Part shown: positions 21,401 through 59,008 of the stretch, piece by piece
Layout: each line of letters opens with the position of its first letter
Numbering within the stretch: position 1 is the first letter of the stretch
Translations under genes and position numbers: made by a program
Notes under the pieces: model-generated
What the model saw: the letters and a program-made list of their open reading frames with translations, nothing else
The model's database searches: none
Told to the model about the DNA's origin: nothing
From: Podarcis gaigeae
Lineage: Eukaryota
Assembly: GCA_964106915.2 (NCBI GenBank)
Contig: OZ066914.1
Reading direction: 5' to 3' (one strand)
DNA: 64,000 bases

Positions 21401-24063
21401 NNNNNNNNNNNNNNNNNNNNNNCTGCAAATCACAGCCAAGTTTAAGATAAAGGAGGGATGACGCTGCAAGCGTTTAGCAGCATTGCTGGTGCTTTTCGGT
21501 CTTTCTTCTGTTGTTTTTATCTGTAGCGTGTGGGATGGATTAATCTGCAGCTCTTGCTTGTGCTGGATGACGTCACAGCACTTAGTGGCTCCTCCCTTTC
21601 CAGACTCTTCCACAAGATAGATGTTGTTGCCTCTGTGTTGTACTGATGAGTCTGTGTTCTGCAGAGGGAAGGGGCACAAAGTAGGGTTGCCAACTATTCT
21701 ACAGGCTCTGTGTTCCTTTTCTTTTTTTAACAGCAGCCCATCAAACAGCAATATAGCATTTCCTGACATAAGCATACAGTGTATAAAGCTTTGCCCGTTC
21801 CTTTTCCATATGCCAGGTGGTTCCAAAAGGCATTTTGCCATACTAAAGAAATGTGGGAACCTCTCAGAAATGGGAGCTTACGTGCAAAGATTTATTTGTG
21901 TGCTCTGTCTACCCTGCAAGGACAGTGGATTCAGCCACTATTAGTGAAGCAAACCCTAGGAAAAGAGAAAAGGCTGTGTGTGGATCTTATGGCTGTTAGT
22001 TGCATCTTAGCAATTAACTATTATTCCCACATCTACTAGCCGCCCCTGCCTCCCCAATTGGGTCTTTGGGAGCCTCCTGTGATTTACAGCCAGTTGCTTT
22101 ATCCAAAAGACCTCGGGGGGCTGCTAGTGAATCCTATTCTTGTAGGCTGAGTAAGCGCTACAACTAAATCTTCCCTGCGAGGGGGGACTGTCATTCTCTT
22201 TGCTCCTCTTTTAACAACGGCACCTTTGTTTGCCTTTCTGCTTCAGTAGCAGCGCTTCCCATAGCAATGGCAGCCATCCTTACACTGTATGCTGCCACTG
22301 AGAGCATTTGGCTGGCTTCTTCGAATTATCAGTGCAGGCTCTGGGAGCATCAGCTAAGTTGAGGGGCAATTCCTCTGAAAGTGCCCGTTTCCTGTATCCA
22401 TCTCATTCTCCTGGAGCAGGAGTGTGCATGGACCTTAGAATAAAATCTAAGAAAAAACAATGGAGAATAGTGTGTGTGTGTGTATGTGTATGGATAGCAC
22501 CTTCATGCTGCTATGTATGGGAGTGTGTGTTAGTAGGGAGTTTATAGGGAACCCTGTTGGTGGAAAGGGATACAAATTCAGGATAGGTGTGTGCTTTTTG
22601 CTCCTGATGCAGCACTGTCCCCAGTTTCAGCAAATAATAATGATAATAATAATGATGATGATTTATTATTAATACCCCACCCATCTGGCTGGGTTTCCCG
22701 AGCCACTCTGGGTGGCTTCCAACAGAATATTAAAATACAATAGTCTATTGAAGCAAATGGGACTGGCCATGTGGCTGCTGCTCACAGCGGCATTGTAGGG
22801 TAGGGTAATGTTGTTGGGGCAGCAGCCACAAGCAGTCCTACCCACGTCATTCCCTTCTTTTAAGCATAATCAGGACCGCGCCACTGCTAGCAGTGTAGAC
22901 CAACTGGCTTTTAAAAGTGCCAGTGTAATACAGTAGTCAAAACTGCTGGCATTAAGCAAGTACAGATTGTGCAAATTGTGAATGGTTTGGTAGGTTGCTG
23001 TAGTCTGGAAATCTAGCACAGCTGGGGAGGTGTGATTTTAAAGAGCTAAGGGAACTCCAGGGTAGAAGGGGGTGGGGGTGGGAAAGAGGAGCAGTGCCTG
23101 CTTATTGTTTTTGCTGCTGCTGTTTTATTTAAAAAAACCTGGAAGGCTTCAGATTGGCTTGCTGGTCATACCACTACGAAACACAATAGATTTGCCTCCT
23201 GTGGACAGCAGAAATTGGTAGCATGTGGGGCAAAGGAGTCGCCAGCTGGATCTACACTGATCTGGAAAACACTATAAAAATATAGCTCTCAATGCAATTT
23301 CACATGGGCAACACTACAGCGCCCTGTTGTCCCATTTTTATAACATATTTTTCATATTATAACTCACCAGTATAGAAGAGTCTGAGGTCACAGTTTGAAG
23401 AGGTTGAGAGAATGAATGAAGCCTGGGTCTCAGGGAAAATTAGTGGCAAGTGACAGCCAACCAGCATTAGCATCTAACCCTGCTGCCATCCTGTCTGTGT
23501 GTTTTTTTAAAAAAATAATAATCCATACCCTCATTTTCATCCTCCTAAGAAAAAGCAGCTGATGCAGATTCATGGTGGCCCCAAAGTTTGGTCCTTCAGT
23601 AGTAGAACCCTGGTGTGGAAGCAGCTCCCCACCTGATTCTCTCTATACAGGAGAAATCTGGTGGAAGCTTTTGCTATGCAATGAAATTGCAAGATTGCTT
23701 TCGCAGAACCCTTTTCATACCTAGATGCATAACCCTGAATAATGCAGTAGGCAGAAGTTTCATATTAGTAATAGTCAGTGAAGAGAGAGGCCCATCACTG
23801 CTGTTCTGCTCGGCTCTCTTGGGAGCTTAAACAGTCCCTTTTTCTCTTTTGCTTCAAGCTGCTTTGATTGGCTACCAGCAGGACTCTTTCCTTGTCTAGA
23901 TCCAGAGGCATAGGCTAGCCCACTTCTGACACCTTCCTGCTTCTTCCCTGCAGATCTTAGAAACCAGCCCTACAGACGAGCCGATGCGGTGAGGAGAAGC
24001 GTGAGGCGGCGTTTTGATGATCAGAATTTACGCACTCTCAACGGTGCTGAAATAGCCATGTGA
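773..24063 (+). CDS. FMNL2: Formin-like protein 2, 3' part (coiled coil, FH1, FH2, C-terminal DAD region); 5' exons lie upstream of the window
   Basis: join(773-874,1496-1811,2561-2755,9217-9341,9773-9972,11643-11877,12196-12264,12460-12540,13613-13742,14695-14858,15838-15939,16743-16841,18232-18355, then 19606-19697 or 23954-24063). Phases are consistent. FH2 motifs KFRMPVFNW and [20 protein letters not shown] are present, both C-termini match FMNL2 isoforms, and synteny with PRPF40A/ARL6IP6 agrees. Confidence 0.97.
1496..1811 (+). CDS. FMNL2: FMNL2 exon (EIYKDANTQ...[16 protein letters not shown]), start of FH1
   Basis: tgcag acceptor, gtgaga donor, 316 nt, phase 0-1. Confidence 0.93.
2561..2755 (+). 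CDS. FMNL2: FMNL2 FH1 polyproline exon
   Basis: ctcag acceptor, gtaag donor, 195 nt, phase 1-1; long Pro runs. Confidence 0.95.
3096..3315 (-). mobile_element. LINE (L2/CR1 clade) 3' end with (AAT)n tail
   Basis: (AAT)~16 followed by atttataccccgcccatctggctg...ctctgggcggct; a similar copy is at 22634-22750. Confidence 0.7.
4375..4640 (-). mobile_element. CR1 LINE 3' fragment
   Basis: gctggatcatgccaatggcccatgtagtccagcatcctgtt...ccaaccagatgcc resembles the squamate CR1 3'UTR. Confidence 0.7.
4692..4917. mobile_element. Tc1/mariner (Tigger-like) MITE
   Basis: TIRs cagtggtaccacgggttaa / taacccgaggtaccgctg with TA on both sides; sister copy at 30316-30557. Confidence 0.88.
7403..7443. repeat. 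(AGGA)n microsatellite
   Basis: Read directly. Confidence 0.95.
7905..7978 (-). mobile_element. 3' tail of tRNA-Lys/CR1-type SINE
   Basis: Reverse complement of the 3' half of the SINE at 16043-16202; similar tails near 12010, 26690 and 59092. Confidence 0.6.
9217..9341 (+). CDS. FMNL2: FMNL2 FH2 exon ([26 protein letters not shown]...RILE)
   Basis: ttaaag acceptor, gtatga donor, 125 nt, phase 1-0. Confidence 0.95.
9373..9430. repeat. Compound (CT)n(GT)n(GTCT)n microsatellite
   Basis: Read directly. Confidence 0.9.
9773..9972 (+). CDS. FMNL2: FMNL2 FH2 exon ([14 protein letters not shown]...ICKAIQ)
   Basis: cctag acceptor, gtaagt donor, 200 nt, phase 0-2. Confidence 0.95.
11643..11877 (+). 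CDS. FMNL2: FMNL2 FH2 exon ([10 protein letters not shown]...SIQMLTP)
   Basis: ccag acceptor, gtgagt donor, 235 nt, phase 2-0. Confidence 0.95.
12196..12264 (+). CDS. FMNL2: FMNL2 FH2 exon ([23 protein letters not shown]), GC donor
   Basis: tctag acceptor, GAG|gcaagt non-canonical donor, 69 nt. Confidence 0.92.
12460..12540 (+). CDS. FMNL2: FMNL2 FH2 exon ([27 protein letters not shown])
   Basis: catag acceptor, gtaagt donor, 81 nt; GNYMN motif. Confidence 0.96.
13404..13516. mobile_element. Short palindromic non-autonomous DNA transposon (ccagatgt...aactccc...gggattgtag...acatctgg family)
   Basis: Internal inverted symmetry; related decayed copies near 13215-13330, 16935-17010, 31020-31115 and 36160-36230. 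Confidence 0.55.
13613..13742 (+). CDS. FMNL2: FMNL2 FH2 exon ([16 protein letters not shown]...EKAAA)
   Basis: tgcag acceptor, gtaaca donor, 130 nt, phase 0-1. Confidence 0.95.
14695..14858 (+). CDS. FMNL2: FMNL2 FH2 exon ([13 protein letters not shown]...AKIAQ)
   Basis: tttag acceptor, gtattc donor, 164 nt, phase 1-0. Confidence 0.95.
15227..15355. other. Assembly gap (129 N)
   Basis: Run of N. Confidence 1.
15838..15939 (+). CDS. FMNL2: FMNL2 FH2 exon ([34 protein letters not shown])
   Basis: tacag acceptor, gtgaac donor, 102 nt. Confidence 0.95.
16043..16202 (+). mobile_element. tRNA-Lys(CTT)-derived SINE with CR1-type tail and a 34-bp internal duplication
   Basis: A box tagctcagtcagtagagc, then ttaatctcagggttgtgggtttgagcccc twice, then gattcctgca...ggtcccttcc...tatga. 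Confidence 0.85.
16743..16841 (+). CDS. FMNL2: FMNL2 exon ([33 protein letters not shown])
   Basis: gatag acceptor, weak gtagca donor, 99 nt. Confidence 0.92.
18232..18355 (+). CDS. FMNL2: FMNL2 exon ([21 protein letters not shown]...GAIEDIIT), WH2/DAD region
   Basis: ttcag acceptor, gtaaaa donor, 124 nt, phase 0-1. Confidence 0.95.
19606..19697 (+). CDS. FMNL2: FMNL2 alternative C-terminal exon ([30 protein letters not shown])
   Basis: tgcag acceptor, phase 1, TAA at 19695-19697; matches the known FMNL2 isoform tail. Confidence 0.93.
21251..21422. other. Assembly gap (172 N)
   Basis: Run of N. Confidence 1.
22634..22750 (-). mobile_element. LINE (L2/CR1 clade) 3' end, second copy
   Basis: (AAT/GAT)n followed by taccccacccatctggctgggtttcccgagccactctggg, as at 3096-3315. 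Confidence 0.7.
23954..24063 (+). CDS. FMNL2: FMNL2 last exon CDS ([36 protein letters not shown])
   Basis: ctgcag acceptor, phase 1, TGA at 24061-24063; matches the other known FMNL2 isoform tail. Confidence 0.95.
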
Positions 24064-26120
24064 GCCGGATTGGGAGAACGTGCATGTGTAAAGTAGAACG
24101 TGTGCTTGACTGATTCCTTGCCATGTGAACTATATTTGCGCTACCATTCTAATTGTGGACTTTATTGCAGTACATTAACTTATCTTCTGAAGGGCTCAAT
24201 AACAACAGCAAACACATAGGAACACAGAGGGGAAAAATACGGGGGGGGGGGGGAGAAGATGAGCTCTCCACTCAACTGTAACTACCAAGTGCCTAAAATT
24301 CAATTACCTGCTCAAATTAATCAAAGCAATAGGACTTTATTTGATTGGGTATTGTTTTACACCAATAAATTTGTTCAGTGTTTTTAACCAAAATGTAAAA
24401 TACATATTGTATTTTTGTTTTGTTTTGTTACATACCATTTAGTGAATAGCCTTCAGTGGGCTTTCTTGATCTCATGACTTGTAAATAGGTAATACTTGGA
24501 AGTGATCCGCTGTGGATTTTTTTTAATGATTTCAATACATTCCTTCTGGACAGTTTGACTTAGTTTTGAGATTCTGTTGCACTTATTATTATGATGATGT
24601 ATGCATACACCTTCATATGCATATGTAAGGACTTACCATATACGAAGGGGAGAAACTCATTAAATTGTACCCTTTTAAGAAAAATGCATTCCTCTTAAGG
24701 GTGGGGAAAACATCCAGAAAACAGAAGTTGATGTAGATGTGATTACATTTTACAAAAGGTTAAACTTAACTGGGATAAGAAAGGCTTGGATAGTGGGGTT
24801 TCGGCTGTAAATAGGATGTGATAACATATGGCTTATTTTAATACACAGCTACCTGCTTTCAGATTCTACCTGCTATATACCAGTTGGTAGTGAAGCTGAA
24901 GTGAGGAGGTATAGCTCATAGAACACAATGCAAACACAGAGGAATCATGGATGAAATTCCACTACTGTTTTCTACAGGTAGAGGCAGCTTTTGGGTAACA
25001 ATGTTATTTATTAATTAGCACTAAGATATTAACTTCTCAGTAATCAGTATTATAATTCCTGAGGACCACAACTGTTCAGTTGTCAGAATAATAAAAATCT
25101 GGTGCCCTGCCGAAAAATTAGGATACCCTCCATAAATAAGCTTATACTTCCATTCCACAAGAGATTCTGCCATGCGACAATCCAGGTTGGCTCAGAAAGT
25201 AAGAGCTGTCTCTCAGCTGAAATGTAGCTAGTTAACGAAACAGTTTATCACTGCATACATTCTCAAACCTGAAATAGATTTTTTTTATCCCAGTTCAGAT
25301 CTGCTGATGGATGCAACATCCTACAAGAAGTGTAAGTCAGATGTGCAGTTGGAAATTGTAAATGTATTTGCACTTCATTTCTTCCAAACATGTGGGTTTA
25401 ATAGGGAACGCACAATCTGTTGAACGCTACAGTGCACAGATGACTTTCTCATTTTAGAAATGCATCTGCCTTGGGCTTGTGGCTATCCTTTCCAGATTAG
25501 AGTGCTTGTATTTCATATTTTTAACCAGTTGAAACATTTAAAACAAAGTTTTAATTACCAAGAGCGGCCATTGCCAACCCCACCTATCACTTACAAGGCA
25601 GGGCACTTGATTTTCTCTCCCAAGACAAAAATCAGACTAAAGTTAAGGGACATCTTGCTTACAGCTTTCCTTTCCTGGTAGCACTGCATCACTGTTAATT
25701 GTAAAATTTATTGTATAGTATTTAACCACTGAATTATTTTCTTTTTTGTTGTGCTTATGTGAACCACTGGTAAAGGTCCCATATTCCTTTAATAATGTGT
25801 AGTTATATGATAATGTTTCTAAATGTACAGATATTTTGCTACAAATTTGGTGCTTTTTATGGTTTTTACACTTCTCTTTAATTCCCACTCTAGCCTCGGG
25901 GTAATATTGTAAATATTGTTTAAAAATGCATCAGCCTGTGCTATACAATCTGAATGTTATTTTAACTTATAGTTTTGTTTTTTTATATTTAACTAAATGG
26001 ACAGTTTGGGGCTCAAAAGTTATTACATTGACATTTGCTTAACTATTTACAGAGAAGTTTATTTTAAACAAACTGCCAATTGTTCTCTCAATTTACAGCA
26101 ATGTGTACTTGACATGTTAA

Positions 26121-26290
26121 AGAGAACATGCCACGATTGTGCCATTTTCCTTCGCAGAAAGATGAATGTTTAGGTTTGGGGGAAACAACATTTGGTAATA
26201 TAATTCAAAAATTTAAGGAGTTATGAGAAATCACAGTATGCTAAAAATATTTAGAAAGGAACAATGGGCTGTAATATTGGCATGTTCTCT
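26121..26290. mobile_element. Putative old Kolobok/T2-like MITE in the FMNL2 3'UTR
   Basis: Perfect 13-bp TIR agagaacatgcca / tggcatgttctct flanked by TTAA and TCAA; imperfect pairing continues inward. Confidence 0.55.
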
Positions 26291-26392
26291 TCAATATTTT
26301 ATCTAGTAACAGACCTGCTTCTTAGCAATATTATAGGTGTTTTATAAAAGCAGTTCATGTTACTTTTCTGATCTGTTCATGGCATATGATTG

Positions 26393-26398
26393 AATAAA
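26393..26398 (+). terminator. Probable distal FMNL2 polyadenylation signal (other AATAAA at 24364 and 25090)
   Basis: AATAAA at the end of a ~2.3 kb AT-rich 3'UTR, followed by a U-rich tract; usage is inferred. Confidence 0.55.
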
Positions 26399-26948
26399 CT
26401 ATTTACACTACTACAAATGATCCACAGCTTTTCCTTGTTACTCAGACTGATCTATATGGGGCCATAGAATTATGCAGAGTAGCAGGGCTGTGCTAAAACA
26501 AGAACCAGAGAGAGCTGCATGTAAGCGTGAGTTCCTTTTGGCACTGGACTTTTTCCACAATGTAGTAGTAATGAGCTATAAACAGGTAACTTCATTACCA
26601 TGCACTTTCTCCTATAAGGTTAAGAGCAAACAACCCTTTTTAAATTAAACGCTGGAAAAATGAAACCTAGTGATGGGATGAGCGGACTACATAGACTCAG
26701 AATTGTAGAATTGGAAAGATCTCCATGTTAACCATTTGCATTGCTTTACGTTTGCATTAGGCAAAACCTATTTGAAGAAGTTTCAAATGATGCAGTTTAT
26801 ATGTATGTTGTTTCTCTTTGAGACGCAGTGGGGAAAGTTCAAATGTACAAGATATGCAAACTAGAGAAGAAATCAGATTGTAGCAAATAAGATATGGGGT
26901 ATGACAGTTTGCAGAAATATGAAGAAACTAACTTTATACTTAAAGCTT

Positions 26949-26954
26949 TTTATT
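26949..26954 (-). terminator. Probable distal PRPF40A polyadenylation signal
   Basis: tttatt on + (AATAAA on -), adjacent to an ATTAAA variant at 26955-26960, ~2.3 kb past the PRPF40A stop. Confidence 0.5.
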
Positions 26955-29238
26955 TTTAATGGAAAAATAAAGACAACGCTTTAAAAAGTAATGTTTACTT
27001 AGAAACATGTTTCTTCATGTAAATTATGCAAGGCGGCAATAAGAAAATATTTTACATAAATATCACTTGCATCGGAGCGGGGAAACTGCTATTCCTTCAA
27101 AGCTGTTTTAAGTACTGTGACACTTTCCCACCTCTAGACCAGTATGTAGCTGAGTGGGAAACATGATGCGCTACCAATCCATGTACGGCAAACTATGCAA
27201 TTGGTATGAACAAGTTAACCATAATTGCAGTTTCTCAAACAGGAAGCCAAATATGCAATTGGTTTTTTTCTTCTTTTCCTCCTCAACATTAACAAAATAC
27301 ATATTTAAATTCTCTTGTATAAGCAGAGTCCCAAACACTATGACAGCAGGAAGTCATAGCATTTTACATTCTCATTCCCCAACACTTACTGCTCTGGAAT
27401 TTCCTGGACGTTTCACTGCACTCTACCTTAAGCTATATAACTAGACAAAATTAGTATGAATAATTTTTCATTAAGAAGTGGTCACCATAAAGGAGGGATG
27501 ATTCATTTTGTTGCGCCTGAGAGTATTCAGAATGCATCGTGTACAACCCTGTACTGTTTGATGTCTCCCCCCATACTCTATCAATTGGGGGAGGGGGGAG
27601 AGAAGGAAAAATCAGTGAAAATGGCTTCTCTCCAATCAGCAGAGTTCCCTGTACTGTGAAGCCAACCTTTTACTTGCAAGTAGAGCAAACTGTTACACAA
27701 GCGCCATAGAAATCTGTAAAACCTAAGGATAACAACATGCCTGCTATATTTGTCCTTATTTCTTAATTTGCATAGTAGAGGCTAAATTCACAAATAAAAA
27801 GGCCAATCTTGAATTACCACCACTATATATTGTTAAGTATTCCACTTCTGTGCTGTTACAGATCTTTGACAGCTACTTTCTTTTGTTGCTGTGATTATAC
27901 ATATATTAAAAAGGAAGCACCACACTAGAGTACTTAACTTAACCAGTAACACTGTGTGAGATCAGTAATGTGTTGGCTGTACAGAGCATTTTTAAAAAAC
28001 AGAAAAAATACTAGTGCACGCTAGAAGACAAGGTTTAATAAGTGATAAAAATGTACAAAAATATTCAAATCAGAAAGATTTTAGAGTCTGTACCACAGTA
28101 GTCAATACTCCTCAATGTATAGGGCTGATAGTTTTAATCAAAGGCTGGTCAGAATCTATTCAGTACAAAGGAAAAAGAACAGAATAAAAAGAGACCAGGT
28201 TTTCAACATTAGGTCAACATCTTTCAAAAGAAAAGTATTACGTTAACATTGATTTTTCTAGACAAGAGTATTGCAACTGCTTTCCAAAACTTGGTGGTAC
28301 ATTCTTCGGAAGTCCTTAAGGCAACATATTGCATCAATTTAGTCTGATTTTGCTATTTTCTGTAACATCAAGATTAATGCTGAAATAATACCCTTTGCCA
28401 ATTTGGTTATTTTCTTTGTACATATACCAGGTTCTTCTCTAATAAAAAATGGCAGCTATGTTATTACATCAGCATACCTTACAGCCTTGAAAATTAAGGG
28501 CCTATTAGGATTTCCATTAATTAATCTATTTTTCACAGTTTTAAAACTTGACACTAAAAATTCACTTCAGGGTGAAACTCGATATACATTTCAACCTAAA
28601 GTCAAAATTCAATAGAAACCACCTAAAACATCATTTTGGCCAGCAAGGTAATACACAAAAACCCAATAATGGATTCTGGACTACCATAAATGAAGAAAAA
28701 ATATTTCCCCCTCTCTTCTTCATTTCCCTCCACTTGCAAAATAAAAAAGTAATTAAAAAAACCCAACAGAAGTGGAGCCCAAGAAAATTATAGGAGCATC
28801 TTTCTGAACAGAACATGTGCACCCCTTACCCAGCCCCAGACCTTATTTGACAAGAAAAACAAGTTTAGGCTTTCATAGCAAGAGCTGTTTTATAGACACA
28901 AGAGGCCCGAAAGGCTCAAGTACTTTTCCAAGCCGCTATTGAAAGGGCTCAAAAATAAAAAGATTTTCTGTTCATCCTAATGTGCTCTTTGAAGAATGCC
29001 AAGGTGCATGGGGTATATATACAGGCTGCCTAGCTTATTAGAAGCTTGAATTCTGAATGTTCACCGTCTTTGACAATTTGCTGCCAGGCACACAATGATA
29101 TTATTTGAAATATTTAGTTATGCAGTAGAACTGAAAAGCCATTGCTATGCCAATGGAACATTGGAATCCATTTCCTGAAATGAATCATCTATATTTCTTA
29201 TTAAATCACATTGTAAACATATTTGGTATAAATACTTT

Positions 29239-57887
<28,649 letters not shown>

Positions 57888-58698
57888 CGCCTCCCCTGGA
57901 CCGGGCCCGGCTCCGGCGAGCCTGCCCTCCCGGCTGCGGGGTGTCTAAGCGGAACCGTTAGTGGAGGAGCGAACGGGAAGAGGAAGGAGGGGCGGGGGGC
58001 GGGCGGGGGGAGAAAAGGGGTTCCGTCGAAAGTCAGGCTCACCGACACGTAAGGAGGAGCGCCCTGCGCGCGCGGCTGGGCCGGAACAAAAAACTCACTC
58101 CAGGCCGGGTTGTGGGGAGAATTGAGGGCCGCCGCCGCCGCCTCCCGCTCTTCCTCCCCTCAGCGGGAGGCAATAAGCAAAGCGGGGGGCGAAGGGGGAA
58201 AGAAAAAAAGAAGCGCGCGTGGGGTCAGGACTTATCCAACGGAAGGGCCTGAGGAGGATGGAAACTACAGAGTGGGGGAAGAGGGGACGTGCGCGCAAAG
58301 GACACTGGGAAAAGGGGCTCCCGCGAGCCGAGGTCGGGGGCGTGGCTACGGAAAGCCAAGAGGTCCCTCGGCTGAACTGGAAGGGCGGGGCGGTGGGAGC
58401 GAGACAGCGAAGGCGTTTGGCTTGCTTCCTTGCTCGGTCCCTTTAAGAGGCCCTGAGCAGTTTAATCCGTTGAGTGAGCGAGGCGGTGGGGTGGCAGGTG
58501 CAAGAGAGACAGACAGAAGAGGGCGGGGCTCCCGATGCGTTCATCCGGCGTGGGCAATTTCTCGGTCCCACCCCTTTCGCGAGATAGATACGCTTCCGGT
58601 TTAGAGGCAGTCGCGTGGGGGGCGGGGAGGGGACCGCTTTAACTGGCCGACACCGCAGCGGCCGTTTCGCGCGCGAGAACTTCGAAAGCGCCGTTGCC

Positions 58699-59008
58699 AT
58701 GGCAGTGCGCTACCGGAACACCGCGGTCCGTTACGGCCGCGCTGGCCCCCCCGGCACTCCGTGGCCGCCGGAGCGAGGGGAGGTAGCGCGGAACCTCCAG
58801 GCGGAGCTTGAGGAGGAAGAGGAAGGCGGCGGCAAAGGAGAGCTGCTGGGCGGCCTCGGGAGAAGCCCCGTGTCCCGGGCTACCCTGGCCCCGCTGCCGG
58901 ACGGGGCGGCTCGCCGGTGGCCGAGCAGGGCCTTCTCTGTGCTGTGCTGCCTCCTGGCCGTGTCCTTGCTGGCTTTCCTGCTGGCCATCGCTTGCCTGGT
59001 ACTGAGAG
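58699..59008 (+). CDS. ARL6IP6: ARL6IP6 exon 1 CDS
   Basis: GCCATGG start, hydrophobic TM segment, gtgagg donor. Confidence 0.9.

Noticed and set aside
21500-21545. Strong-looking acceptor at 21526 as an FMNL2 exon
   Set aside because: Gives only ACGMD* in the required phase; no supporting homology.
21114-21841. 230-aa and other ORFs spanning N runs (also 15134-15467)
   Set aside because: Length is inflated by X residues from assembly gaps.
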